From NCBI GenBank assembly GCA_025201805.1, contig MU619237.1, forward strand, positions 1-64,000: a stretch of DNA of 64,000 nt. The letters run 5' to 3'. Under the pieces are notes generated by a model. That model saw only the letters and a program-made list of their open reading frames with translations, searched no databases and had not been told where the DNA came from. Shown one piece after another: positions 36,715-50,440 of this stretch; the first letter of the stretch is position 1; each line of letters starts with the position of its first letter. The translations under genes were made by a program, and so were the position numbers. The DNA is from Parasitella parasitica NRRL 2501. Taxonomy: Eukaryota; Fungi; Mucoromycota.

Positions 36715-37649
36715 ATGTATCAGTTTCTCGTCTTTCTCTCTCTTATGATAGTCATATGTTCCGGCAGGATCATAGATAAACAAGGTAAGGAAAGAAAATC
36801 TTTAAAGGGGGACAGTGCATTAAGCACATTGAGGAGTAGTGCACAATTATGCTTATTACAACAAATCATCGGATCCCAGCAGTGCAAAGATCCGGCGCCC
36901 TATGATGAAAATGAACCAGCACAGGAAGCCCAACATGAGGCCAGCCGATCCACTCTCCGCAACAACGGCAGCAGCAAGCATCAATGTATCTGCATTGCCT
37001 ACCAGCGGTATATTTGATCATACAAATCGGCCAGGCACAATTGAATGGAAAGTGCCCAAACTGACATTTGTGCAACAGGACGATGCGTCAAAAGACGTGT
37101 TACTAGGACCAGTTTATCGACTACCGGTTGATAAAGACGACGCAGGGACCCAGATTGACTTGAAATGGACATACACCAATCTCAAAGTTCGACCCGAAAG
37201 ACTCACCATTGAAGCGATTGGGCCCAATAAAGCTACGTGGACTGTATCTGTGATGGAAGGCACGGTGACATCAGCTACATGGGATTTAAGAGCAACACCG
37301 AGCTACAGTCCATTCATCGAGGGCTATTATACACTGCAAGTGCATGATCAAAGAGGGTCAGGCAGTTTGCCTAAGCCCGGGTGGTTACTACCAGATAACA
37401 AGATGAGAATTGCGTTGTACAAGACAGAGGGGAATAATCATGCTGGAGAAAAGATAGCTCGTAAGGTTATAAGATTGTAGTCGTGATAAAGGAATTTAAC
37501 GGGCTGAATATACAGCATTTGAGTGTGCCACCTGTTTTAATTATGTAATGAAGGACATGGATAATGAAATGCAAGCATCAGCAAACAAGATTCTAGCAAA
37601 CTATGTGCTGATGATGATAATCTTGTTCCTGTGGACGCTTTTGCGATAG
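36715..37649 (+). CDS. Tandem paralogue B of the same cell-surface family
   Basis: IDLKWTYTNLKVRP..YTLQVHDQRG..PGW..IALY, CATC and a hydrophobic C-terminus align with paralogue A. Confidence 0.75.
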
Positions 37650-37668
37650 GAATTCGGTTGGATAGTTG

Positions 37669-37895
37669 TTCTCACGTGCATGATGAATGCGTGGTGATTG
37701 TAGTTGTAGAATAAACAACATGGTTATTGTGTGTTGCTGTGGCAACAGCGATGGAACTGTTCGTACTGAGGTTTTGTTTGATTTGACACCTGTCGATCGT
37801 TAAATGTACAATGTCGCGAGTAGCGTATCAATCAGTGAATGTTCCCACACCAGCATGAATCAACAAGAAATCTAGGCACATGAATTGTTCTCACC
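37669..37895 (-). promoter_or_regulatory. Cluster of three CSL-type GTGRGAA sites upstream of the Ecl1-like gene
   Basis: TTCTCACG 37669-76, TTCCCACA 37842-49, TTCTCACC 37888-95; all in the same orientation and preceded by TG. Confidence 0.45.
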
Positions 37896-38035
37896 CCTCA
37901 ACAAATGTGTAGTGTGCTTTTTGATTGATTAATTCAAGTTCCCCACATTACATATATAAAACCTCTTCCGTGCCTCGTTCTTTGTGTTCTTTCCTTCCTT
38001 CTCTTTACTATAATAATACACATTTGTAGCGTGCC

Positions 38036-38545
38036 ATGGAATTGGATCTCTGTTTGTATTGCGAAAAAAGACTCACCGACGAAGTAAGTTTGTGCACTGC
38101 CATTACACGGCCAGAGCTTATGCTAACATCTCTCTAGAGCATTGCCTTTTGCTCCATGTCTTGCCAATCAAACGAGGCATCGAAATCATCCTCTTTTATC
38201 CAACTCCAGCATACAACTCGCAATAGTGCACTGCCAAAGTCGTATTCCATGTCTTATCACCGAAGCCCTTCTCTATCGTACTCCATCTCTTCATCTTCTA
38301 CAACGATATCCAGCAGCAGCAGAAGGACACGAAAGGAATCTTTGCCTGCGCTAATGTCATCTTCGCTCTCGCATCACAATAGCAACAATACCCGATCGCC
38401 TCCGTTCTTTCTAATGCAATCCTTGTCTACTTCATCTTCATTTTCCTCTTCTTTATCTGATATATCCGTTTTCTCAGCACCCTATTCATGCGAAGATAAA
38501 GCCCCCTATCACATCACACGAACCACTCAGAATATCGCATCTTGA
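38036..38545 (+). CDS. Ecl1-like (extender of chronological lifespan) zinc-finger protein
   Basis: MELDLCLYCEKRLTDE|SIAFCSMSCQSNE four-Cys motif followed by a Ser-rich tail. One intron. Confidence 0.75.
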
Positions 38546-39396
38546 ATCTTTTTTGTTGAGCAGCAGTTCTCCCACACACAGGCAAACAACACCACTATAC
38601 ACTCTTTTATTTTATGCTTATTCACTTTTTATCCTTATTCCTCTACTTGCCGTATGCTCCAATTCTTTCTCTGTTGGTTTATAGCTATGATTGTATACAT
38701 ATAAATAGATTCACTTTCTTTTGCCTCCCCCCCCCTTTTTTTTCCCTTATAAATATACTATCTATACTTTTTATAAATAAACTTTCTCATTGCTCATATA
38801 AATAAATAAAAAATCTCTCGCTCGTTCTTACTAAAGTGCAAAAAGAATTGTGCAGAATAGGGTACAGCCAGATGAACTTATCACTTGACTCGTTGAAATT
38901 CCGAGCCATCTTAAAACCTGATTTTCAGGTACGCAAAAGGATCGGTATAAATTAAAACAGGATGCTTTGCATTATTTTGCAATACGTAATTGCCATGAGC
39001 AACGTGCAAATCGATATCAAAAAATAAATAGTAATTTTAAGATGAAATATGACTTGATAACATGTCAAATGCGTAGATATAGTGTAATCGTGATTTATAA
39101 GAGTATCGTATCCATCATAACACACGTAAATATTTGTGAAACATTCATGTCGTAATGCTCAAGGTTTTAAAGCAAACTCATGGTAACATGGAATGAATAA
39201 TATAACTACATACATCCATTTCTGAATAGATCATTAATGTAAGCTTATTACGACATTGCGAATAATCATACTAATAAGTATGCCGTGCTAATATGCGCTA
39301 TCACTATACATCCGCTTTCTGTTTTATGCTGTGCTCCAAAATGAAAAAGCCACGCATAACCAATTTTTGCTGAGGCTCTTCTTTATATCTTGATAA

Positions 39397-42300
39397 ATGA
39401 ACGTAACCATCTCGACCCAAAACCAAACGATAGAAGCATCGACTGCAAAGGAGAATGCTAATGTAAATACATCTGTATCTACTCCTGCTCTAAAGCCTGG
39501 AGCCATTTCTACGTCTCCAGGTACGAATACGTGATACATAAAATAAGCATTTGTACTTAATCATAAAAAATCAAGTTTCTGTAGAGACCCATTCAGCCGC
39601 GAATAATAACAATAACACCACTAATGCAGCTAGTAACAATGCTACTGCTACTACCGCTCCTACTGCTACTCCTAATACTACTACGACTACGACTACGACT
39701 AATACAACTAATCCTGCTCCAACCGTCGCTACTACGGCTGCTACTGCTTCAAACAGCTCACCTGCAGAAGTTAAAAATACAGAGTCGGATGAAGAGGCCA
39801 TCAGAAATCAAAAGCTAGTAGAAGAATTTCAGTATCTTCTGGAGAAAAGTCAAAGTCTATTTAGCGGTTTAAGGTACTGCATGCTACTTGCTATCTTCAA
39901 TACTTATCATATGTTCGTATAGAGATTTGCCACCAACTGGAAGCCATCGTCAGTGGAGACCAGTAAGTCCTTTTTACGGTATACAAAAATTTATCTGATG
40001 AGATTCTGTGATAGTATTTTGAAAAAACATTTGAGGTTTATACAAAGGTAGGCAACTGCATTATACACTTATTCCATGTACAGTGTATTCAAGAAACATT
40101 AGCTGTGGAAATTCCAGCAAACGCATAGGTCGATCTTGGAAAACAAAAGCAATTATGGCTTAAAGCGATGGGAAGTAGGGGAAATAGCTAGCAAAATTGG
40201 CCAATTATATTACCATTACTAGTCAGTTGGAATGAGAACAAGTGATGAAGTGTTTATTCATGTACTTTTATTTGTAGTTTGAGGACTAGCGAAACAAATT
40301 ACCTTCACGAAGCCTATGTTTTTTACGAAGCTATCCATGAAAGACAGTATTTCAAAGACATTCTTGAAGTAAAAAAGTGAGTGATTCATGTGTTTGTGCA
40401 GAAATTTGTAGGGCAAATAGCTAAATTATACATGCTACATAATAGCTCTGCATTAATGATCAAAAAGATGCGCTACTATGCCCGTTTTATCATTGTTTGC
40501 TTGCTCTTGAACAAGGACGAGAATGTACGTCAGCTTATCACTGAATTAGAAGGCCTGATTGAAGAATACACAAAAAGCTTCAAACCACCTGATGCAAAGG
40601 AATGGCAGATGGTTTTGGAAGAGATTAGCACCTTTACAGAAGCAGAGAAGAAATTAGTCCCCATCAACCTGGATCGTACACCGGATAAAATCGAACATCG
40701 ACTGTCAGCAAACATCCCCGAACGTAATATTGCTGGCGTACCCAAGTTGAAATTGCAGGAAGCTATTCTAGTAGGAAATTACCAAAAACAAATCAAATTC
40801 TCTGAGTTGACATTGGATATGTATCGCATGCTTCAATCTTTGGAAAGAGAGCCGTTCGTATTACATCCTTCTGCTACTACTGCTGCTAAGAACAAATCTA
40901 CAGAAACATCTGAAATACTAAAGGAAGATACCACTGCTACCACAACATCAGCTAATCCTGCTGCTGCTAGCACTACAAATACAAATACAACCGCTGCTGC
41001 TGCTACCAGGCCCACAGGAGCCTCTACAAATGCCGTTTCTGCATCACATATTCAAACAACATCTGAAAAGATGAGCAAACGATCCAATCCTCACAAATAT
41101 TTACTCTATCGACCTTCTTTGAGTCAGCTGCTGGTATACATCTCCACTGCGTTCAAAGATACAAGTGACAACTCTGCTCTGCTTTTATATTTGTCCGCAG
41201 ATGGTTGTGCATATCCTGACCAAACTGCTCCCGGCTATAGAGGAGGTGTCATTACAAGCCAAAGGAACAAGCCGACCACTGGCACTGATCGATCCGCAAG
41301 CACAAATACAGTTACTAATGCAAACACAGCTTCTGCTGCTTCGTCTACAATTGCAAATGGCGCCCTTAGTAGCACTGGTACCGCTGCTCCTCCTTCTGCC
41401 ACACTCGGGGGCGCTGCTGCCAACACTAACCCTACTAGCGGCACCATGGCAGCATCTACAATCAACAGCAATTCTTCCGCTGTACCCAACACTAGCGTTA
41501 CCAACACCAAAGAAGCTACCAACATCCAGCCCGCAGACATTCACCATGGTCACATTGCTCTTCCCTCAGTCCACTGCCTGCATCCAGCTGATTTGATCCC
41601 ATTTACGCGCAAACCATTATTCCTCATCGTCGATAGCGACCACAGCACAGAATTTAAAGGCATGCCCAACGTATTTGATCAGCCCGTCATGTGCCTCATG
41701 TCTCCTGTCGAATACCCTTCGTCCGTGCAAGACAAGAGCGAGATTGGCAGCCTATTTACCCTCTTTTTACATACCCCGTTGCTAGGTTTTTGCTCTGTTT
41801 CTGATATCGGCAATCTGGATCAACAAAAGTGGGACGAATGCGTCCGAAAGATTGGGGCCATGGAAAAGGCGATTGGAGATTTGCTGATTACAGATAGCAA
41901 TGTAGACAAGCATGTAAAGCGGTTCATGCTGGATGATTTCTTGTACTATTTCATTGTTCGTTTTGTACTCTGTGGAATCTTTTTGAGGTATCATTCTTCG
42001 TTTAAGGATGAGAAGGTAAGCTTTTTCTTTTTATGGTTGGATTTCCACGGCCCTAAACGACAATCAAAAGTCTTTTCCCTCTTCATCTCCCTCCTTGCCA
42101 GAAAGTGTTTATGTCTCTGCTGAACTTGTTACTATGTTGGGCGACCTGACAGCCATAGCTGATGTGGGTACTTATTTCAGTTTGCCAGCCTATGCAACTA
42201 CTTCCACAACCAACTCGACTATAAATATGGTGTCATCTTCTGCGTCTGCCGCTGCAATGGCAGTGGGAACAGCAGGGGCCACAGGAGGAGCAGTAGGAAT

Positions 42301-42454
42301 GACTACTGCCGCTGCTGTACCAACTGCATTGCCTAATAGCAATAATAGCACAAATGCCAACACTAGCACTAACACTAGCACCAAAGCCGTTGCCTCTTCA
42401 CCCCCACAAGCTTCTATTATTAACAATGCCGCTGCAGCTATGGATAAGAAATAA
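39397..42454 (+). CDS. SCAI: SCAI family protein
   Basis: LLEKSQSLFSGLRDLP, VYTKLWKFQQ, GLKRWEVGEIASKIGQLYYHYYLRTSE, KFSELTLDMYRMLQSLE, NPHKYLLYRP, LIPFTRKPLFLIVDS, GSLFTLFLH. Confidence 0.92.
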
Positions 42455-42799
42455 ATAAACACTCTTTCTCACAATTAGGTTATTATTATCTCGCATCCAA
42501 GATATAAAATATCTACTGTTCTAGATAGTTCTATGTAGCAATATACACAATCTTATTAATAAAATTTGTATAAAAAATTTTAAAAGTAGAGGAGCAGTTT
42601 CGCGAATCGATAGATGTTATGCCATGCTTGCTTCATGCTTGCTTCATGCTTGCTTTGTTGAAGTCTTGAGCCTAAAGCGTCTTCATTGTGACTTGAGTGA
42701 TCTCAAATGACGTCCATGAATCCATTATAAAAAACGACGATAAATTTTATATCCTTTAGTTTTACCCTTGTCAATATTGGAATAATTAAATAACACACT

Positions 42800-42898
42800 A
42801 TGGATTTCTCTAGATTCAACCAAGCTGAACAAGCCCAAATTGCTGCTATGATTGAGCATAAGCAGGTATGATTTCTACGGATAATTTAAATACATCCA

Positions 42899-42933
<35 letters not shown>

Positions 42934-43296
42934 CTTTTTTTAGGTTCATAACTAACACGCATCTTTCTAGATGAAGGATTTCATGAGATTGTATTCCAAC
43001 TTGGTTCAACGTTGTTTCGATGACTGTGCTAATGATTTCACTACTAAATCTTTGACCGGAAAAGAGGTGAATAGGATCGACATTTGATAGAGTAAACATT
43101 CTGTCTAATGCGTATTTTTCCGTGGATTGCAGGAGGGTTGTGTCAACAAGTGTGCTGACAAGTTTTTGAAGCATTCTGAACGAGTTGGTTCTCGTTTCGC
43201 TGAGCTTAGTCAAAATGTAAGTTTCAACGACATATTCAGCATATAGATCAGAAAACGCTAAAATGTATTTGATAGATGGCTCCCCCTGGACAATAA
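42800..43296 (+). CDS. TIM9: Mitochondrial small Tim chaperone Tim9, 4 exons
   Basis: [36 protein letters not shown] twin CX3C motif. Confidence 0.95.
42901..42930. repeat. (TG)n microsatellite in TIM9 intron 1
   Basis: Directly visible. Confidence 0.95.
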
Positions 43297-43461
43297 ATTA
43301 TTTCTCCAGTGACTTTTGTAAAGGAATACTTAGAAATGGAATGCAATAAAAAGCTGCGTTAAACATCTGTACTATACTATAATCTATCGCAGCTTCATTT
43401 TATTTACACAAACACCTACAGGTTGATGCAGGCACAAACACATGCTTTTGACTGGTATATA

Positions 43462-44938
43462 TTATTTCAGATTTGATGGTTCTTTCGGCGAGGGTGGCGA
43501 TAGAGATCGTCGGCATGTAGGACATGTTGGCTTAGACACATGGTGCTGTATCCATGAATGCAGGCAATGTCTATGTTGGAGAAATTTTAGTTAAGATCAA
43601 CGGCGCAAAAACAAAGACATCTCTTACAAATGAAACAAATGTCCACATGCCAATTTTTTTGCAGTTTTCATCCTTTCTCTGCAAATCGCACAATCATCGT
43701 TATGGTTTGATAATTCTTCGGCGGATGCGTCAACATATCTGTCTCTGACATACGACATTGCTCTCCATCTTTCACGGTATATGATAACTTTGCTGTGTAG
43801 ATTCTTCAAAACACTTCGCACATTTAAGAATAACACTATGTCCACCAATCCAAACGATATCCCATGCATCCACTTGATAATTGCAGTCAGATTTCGATTT
43901 TCAATGCGACATAATATGCTGGTCTTACCATCAATTGTAGGTATTGCAATAACGTACAGCCGAGTATCAGCACATCTGCGCTCAATTCTGTGTAATAATT
44001 GATTAATCTTTTACTTTCAAATCCATTTTCTCTCCATTGATCCATCAGATGTGTTGTATATTTGATTAAAACTTGAATTGTATCCAATACTACTGGTAAA
44101 AACTATGTTTTACAATAATCAGCATAGTGCAATGATGGCCCAGGTGAATTTTACCTCCAATGTAAGAAATGCTAGTGAAGTTGGGAATAGATAAAGTGAT
44201 CCAAGGTACCAAATAATGTTGCTAAATAGGATTGTCGATAGAAATACAGTGATTTTGTAGTATTTTTTGAGAGACACAAACGCTACAGTGGTCAACTAAG
44301 AAATAGAAATTAGAATATATTCAATAGAATCATTATGTGCATGTGAATTACGTTATCCAGTCTGTCTCTACTAAGTAAGCTGAATATTCGCATAAATCCC
44401 AAAACACCAATCCACATGGACAACCTCAAAATATGTCTCCAAACAGGCTCCATTACAGCGCCGATAAATATAACTTTGAATAATAAAAAATTCAGCATTC
44501 GATCATACATGTGCTTGATACAGAGTGTTAGTCTTAATGCATTGTCTAAAACAAAAGCCTCGAGGTATACCTGACTTTCCATTGGCCATAGTTCTCCAAA
44601 TACAATCTTAACAATCCCTCTCCCAATAAGTAATGAACCACAAATGGTCATGTTCACATGAGCCTACGAATGCATACAAACATCAGTACAAACAGGATTT
44701 TTCTTCAGCACTTAAAAAAAAATACCAATAAGCTTATTTTTCGAGATTCTACATGAGAAAAGTAAGCTGCTATATAGCTTTTGTTGCATATTTGATTTGT
44801 TGATAATATCGAGCTCAAGTCTTTGGAGTAACAAGTCGTCCATATATCTGAATATAAAAAGGAGCGTAATGATACCAAGAAGGCTACAGTGAATGTAATT
44901 GTAGATATAAGCGCATATGTTGGGATGTCGTACTTCAT
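43462..44938 (-). CDS. Membrane RING-H2 E3 ligase (HRD1/gp78-like, short form)
   Basis: Multiple TM segments, VFGELWPME, LLFKVIFI, CAICRERMKTAKKLACGHLFHL|HCLHSW..TCPTCR. Confidence 0.85.
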
Positions 44939-45076
44939 AAAGCCCTGTTTTTTTCTTTTTTTATTTATTTACAAGAGATTTGGTATATAGGAAGTAATAA
45001 TAGAAGTAGAAAAAAATAGAAAAAGATGAAAAAAANNNNNNNNNNTTATTTATTTACAAGAGATTTGGTATATAGG

Positions 45077-45080
<4 letters not shown>

Positions 45081-45146
<66 letters not shown>
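45081..45146. repeat. Poly-A tract beside an N gap
   Basis: Directly visible. Confidence 0.9.
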
Positions 45147-45149
<3 letters not shown>

Positions 45150-45164
45150 AGCAACAGCGATTAT

Positions 45165-48100
45165 TTACTGAATTTTGTAGATGGACTCCAATATTTCAGA
45201 AGCATTCAACTCGCTAGAAATGATAGGATTCAAAATTTGCTGTTGCTGCTGCAATTGGAGTTTTCCTTTTGTTTTGTACTCTCTACGGCTCATCAATAGC
45301 TTTTCTAATAAATTGTCCATCACTGGATCTTGTTGGGTTGTTTTGGTATCTAAAATCATGGCAAAATTAAGAACTCGAGCTTTTATTGTTGCTGGTAGAC
45401 ACTTACAGTCACTCATGGCAACCCCTTTGCCTTTGCTTGGAATGCCATTGCGAGCTTGATTTCTACGTTCTGCGTCGTACTTCTTGTGGGCTTCAATTCG
45501 CTCCTGTGCTTTCTTGGCCATCGCTAATTCTTTAGAGCATTTCTACCAAGATTAATTGTTAGGACAGGTCCATAATTACTGTAAATATTCATCGCCTTAC
45601 CTGCCAATTATTGACAAATACATGGAAGATCTGAAAGAATTCATTCAGTTGCGTTTTTCCCACATCTTCACCGTAAAACGAAACCACCTTTGCAAAGGAA
45701 TCTTCGGATTCGATTTGCAATTTCTCTACTTGATCAAACTTGTCCGTGGCTTCTTTTTGAAATTCTCTCATTGTACTTGTGAACACATCATCGCTGGATA
45801 AAGCGTCAAAATGCTTCAGACCTTTCTTCACACTTGCGAAAGTGCTCGTAAGTTCAATTTTATTTACTATATTTAATAGAATTAGAACCACAAACCGGTC
45901 AGCTCAAATGCCATTTAGTATATTACCTTTACATGCCTCTTCACAGTCCTTTAGCTCATCCAAAAATCCAAGAATCTTTGTGAATTTCTCTTGAATTGTT
46001 TCTACAAGGAAATGCAGCAGCGTTGTCGATGTAGTTCCTCTGGTATCAATGAGCTATACGACATTTTTTGAGACGAATGCTCTATTATTTACTCGATGAT
46101 TACAAATACCTTATTAATGCTGGATATCTTGATGCCAGATGCACCGCCTCTAGTCGTATTTCCATTCATGTAGTTGCCTAAAACTAAAACCATTTGTAGC
46201 AACCGTTTGAATCGCTTTGAATTTTTCAAGGCATTTGACGCTGCAACAATGCATCTAAAATCCTATCCAAATTGTCAACACCAAGCAATGTGTTATAGAC
46301 AAAAATAGTACCTTTTCGATTTGATTGACAGCGTCCCAAAATGTAGTTTTAAATAACAAACATTCCGCACGTTGCTTGAACTGAGGAACCTTGATCATTT
46401 CCAGTGAGAGTTTATCAGGTAAAGATAGTTTTTCTACATCAGACGACTCTGCGTATCGCTTCAGTTTAGCTATCTCTTCTAGCGTGGGAGCAAATCGAAT
46501 CAAATTCTCCAAAACATGCTCTGTTAACATTGGAGATAGATCGGTCATGTATTGATACAGTTGTTGAATCTGAAAGTCTTTTGGCAAACTTGTCAAAAAA
46601 ATACTCATATTATACGCTTTTCGAGAATCCAACAGCTCAATAGCCTCAGGCTTTTTCTTGCGTTTGCTAATATCTGCAGCTGGTTTCTGAGCGAATGTTT
46701 TCTCAATGGAGGAAAAGACATCGGCTTTAGACAGTTTGGAAACAAGGGATTGGCTATCAAATAATACCGTGTCATCTTCAGAGGATTCATCTTCTTCTTG
46801 ATCCTCTTCTAAATGGTCCCAAATGGTGTCTCCAAGCTGTAGACGATTTATCTTGTCCCAATTGACAACTTTGAGTTTTTGTTGAGATTGACGTTGTGTA
46901 ACTGTGCTGATAGAGAGAGCAAGAGCTGGAGGTGGTGGAGGACCCGAGCCATTAGCAGGTAGGGCTGGTGGGGGCGGTGGAGGTGGGGGCGTTCCATTTA
47001 ACGAACTTGGAGGAGGTGGAGGAGGAGGTGGCAGTGGTACTCTATCAGAAGATAAAAGAGTTGATGGAAAAGGTGGTGGTGGAGGAGGTGGAGGTGGGGG
47101 TAAAGCACCCAATGTGTTTACTATTGGTGGTGGTGGTGGAGGCGGAGGTGGTGGAGGAGGTGGAGTAGATGGTATTGAATTTTCTAGGACTTGAGGCGGT
47201 GGAGGAGGAGGAGAAGGAGAAGGTGCAATGTCAGAGATATCGTCCAAAGAAGTCATATCATCAGTTGAATTTGGGTCTGTAGGCTCTAACTGATGCGACT
47301 CGGGCAATAGCTGCCATTTTTTTGATGCGTTTTCCTTATTTCCATTATGTTCTGTTACGGTTTTAACTGAAACAGACTTTCTTTTTGGTGGCAGTGGCTG
47401 CACCTTTGGTTTTTTTAACTGGTCTTGAATGGTTTTACTAATTTTTGATTTAATAACATCAAACGAGTCTTGGGGATCATTGTGATTACTGCCTTTTGCG
47501 ACCAAAATGCACACAGTTTGATACAATCTTTTGATTTGGTTATCCATCGATTCGAGAGTCCTTTTGTGTTCCATCTCAAGGTCGTTTAGTCTTTGCTGTA
47601 GAACTGAATTTGTTTGGTTTGCAATGCGTAGGCTTCTTTCTAACGTTTCGTTTTTTATTCGATATTTTCCAACGAGGCCATCTACAAGCAAATTTTGAGT
47701 AATCCCCTATACACAATGTTTTCTTATCACTTACCTGCTTTCAGATCAACCTGGAGTCTCAGAGCAGCCTCTCTTTCAAGGGCTTTTGCAGCCATTTCCC
47801 TCGTCTCATCCAATTCTTGTAATGCAGCTTCTAGCTCGTCTTCCTCTGCAAATTTTGATATCAAATCCTTTACTGTCATACCGTAAGTAGCTGAAAAGTT
47901 ATTTGATGCACCTTTCCTGTCCAAAGTAACCTGAGATACGAAATGCTCCACTAATTGGTAGTATATATTTTTTGTCTCAGAGTCGCATTGTATTAATAAA
48001 AGATGTTCTAGAATTGCTTGAAGGTAATCGTGAGCTTTTGTTCCATTGATCGATGCTGAAATTTTGTCTAATATTTCGGATGGCTCTGCGCTGTCGCCTA

Positions 48101-49762
48101 GCATCATGTGTGCAATCGCATCACTATCTTCTAATTCCCTGAACTCGTCTAGTTTGGAATTCATGAGATCATTGTTGAAGAGTCTCATCTTGTTGAATAT
48201 CGAGGCTAATCCTCCTTGATAAAGTTGATTTCGAAGCGTTATTCTAGTTTCTCTTTCTTCGATGGTATCTGGGTCAACAATTGCAAGGATTAGCAAAAGG
48301 TTTGCCAGCTGTAAAACATGATGATGAGTTTTCTGCTGTTCCAAACATTTATAGAACAAACTTACCACATGCTCTAATATTGGCATGTCTGAACTCCCCT
48401 TTGATACAATTTGCTTCACATCGTTACTGGCTCCCACGACAGTGCCCATCTTTCCTCGACCATCAAGAATATCACTCAGCGCTTTGAGCCAAGAATCAAA
48501 TCTGCCATAATTCTTTTGCGATTCCTTTAAACTCTTCATGCCCTGCATGACTAAAGCATGTCCCCTAGGCTGCTCAAAGTAGCACATGAACGTTAATGCG
48601 TCGCAAACAAGTCTTTGTGTTGGCAGAGAAGGTGAAATAATTGACTGTGTCAAGGTGATGATATAAAATGGATCGCTGACAACTTGTTGAATACCATACT
48701 ATCAATAACAAGTTAGAATGCCTCTAAATTGTGTAAATGGTACACGAATATTACGTAGTTGTTGAGCAAAAGTCGTAAACATTTGATAATTTCGAGTTCA
48801 AATTGGCATTCTCGTTGATTTCTAACAGCAACTTTAGTTAGAACTTTATTTGCAAGTATATTTATACACAAGTACCTTTGATTTATTTGATTGATAAAAG
48901 ACAGCTCTTCAAACAATGTCTTAATTCCATTAGCTTCTATAAATTCTTGGGCCCATCTACGTTTGCCCCACATAAAAGTCAATATACGGCCGAGGAATTT
49001 TGGACTATAAAATCATACCTGACCGGCATAGTTCTTAATCTGACAGATAGATCCGACACTAGCTTTGACCTCACCTCTAATTTTTCATCTCTATGGCGTA
49101 ATAGATCGATATAGTACAAGGGGGTAAGCAGATAATCATTAGCATTGTGATCTCCAACTTTGCCGACTAGTGAACTTGAATTTCCATTGCCATTGTTACT
49201 ATTGTGTGCTGAAATAGACATGCGATTATTAGGATTCTTTTTGCCAATGACTGTGCCCAGCAGTGGCAATGCGCTTTCATTGCAAAGGATGAACCATTTT
49301 TTATCTGGCGTCAGTTCTCTGACGCTGGCATCGTTTGTTCTAATATTCAATCGAGACTTTTCTTCATATTAGATACTATATTTGTAGTCGGTTGTTTGTT
49401 TCTTACAGCTGCTTCTTCAAATAATCTGTCGATTTCTTGGTTTGATGGTTTGTCTTTTAGGCTGTGGGTGTCCAAGACTGTTGACTTGGAACTAGATATC
49501 GAAGATGGCATTCCTGCTATTGAATCTACATTACACGTTAATGGCATATTCTGCGAATTTTTTGGCTTAATGTATTTTACGTCTATGCGATGGTCTATAA
49601 TCTGGTGATTGCTTTCTCTTATTTCTGAATATCGCCATAATGTACGTACAAAGAATGAAAAGGAAAACGAATGTTGGATGTGCTACTGCAAACATATGTA
49701 ACTGCTTATTACCTAATATAGCAAGGATGAAAAACAAAACGCTTCTTTAAAAGGGATACCAT
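45165..49762 (-). CDS. Diaphanous-type formin (GBD/FH3, FH1, FH2); start uncertain
   Basis: SVRLRTMPV, poly-Pro FH1 (~46925-47220), KLKVVNWDKI, DSRKAYNMSIFL, LVLGNYMNG, TTLLHFL, FYGED, MDNLLEKL DAD-like motif. Confidence 0.92.
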
Positions 49763-50440
49763 GAGTAAATACTATTTTTGGCTAATTTGATTGTACTGCA
49801 ATTGACATTTTGTTGTATAAAATTTCTTTGAAAAAATTAACTTTCCCTTTTTTTTTTATCTTAAGAAGAAATCATTTAAGCGAGTTTACCAGCTCTACGC
49901 AATACGCCCGGATGACTCTTGTCTGCTACCTTGCAAACAACTTTATCCATAGATAAATCCATATTTTAATTTGCGGCAATGCGGTAGTGCGGCAGTTTAT
50001 CGACTCTATTAAATCTAAAAATGATTAATTTATGCACGATTTTTTATGTATCACACGTTTTCATTATGCAATGAATAAATCAAAAACCTATCAATAACTA
50101 AATTAAACAGTAATGATTAGGTAATCTCACATTAAATGATTATATTCTACGCTCGATATCATGCCTTGTGATGAAGTAAGCTTGTTGCTATGCTAGTGCA
50201 AGCATTCTCTTGGGAGCAGATAAAGATCTACCAAAGAATAATAGATCTAAAAATAATAATAAAAAAACCCATAGAAACCAAAGTTTGGTGTACATCTCAT
50301 TGGCCATCCATTGGCACTAAAAACCCGGAAGATTGGCCCGCCTTTCAATCTCTTTTTTTTTTTTTTTCCTTTTCGTCCAACTCTTTTTCCTATCTCTTAT
50401 CTTCTAGTCTCTTTTTAAGTAGACATTAACATCGCAATAA

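Noticed and set aside
44961-45082. ~37-bp direct repeat (TTATTTATTTACAAGAGATTTGGTATATAGGAAGTAA) on both sides of an N gap
   Set aside because: Flanks a scaffold gap next to a poly-A run; most likely an assembly overlap artefact.
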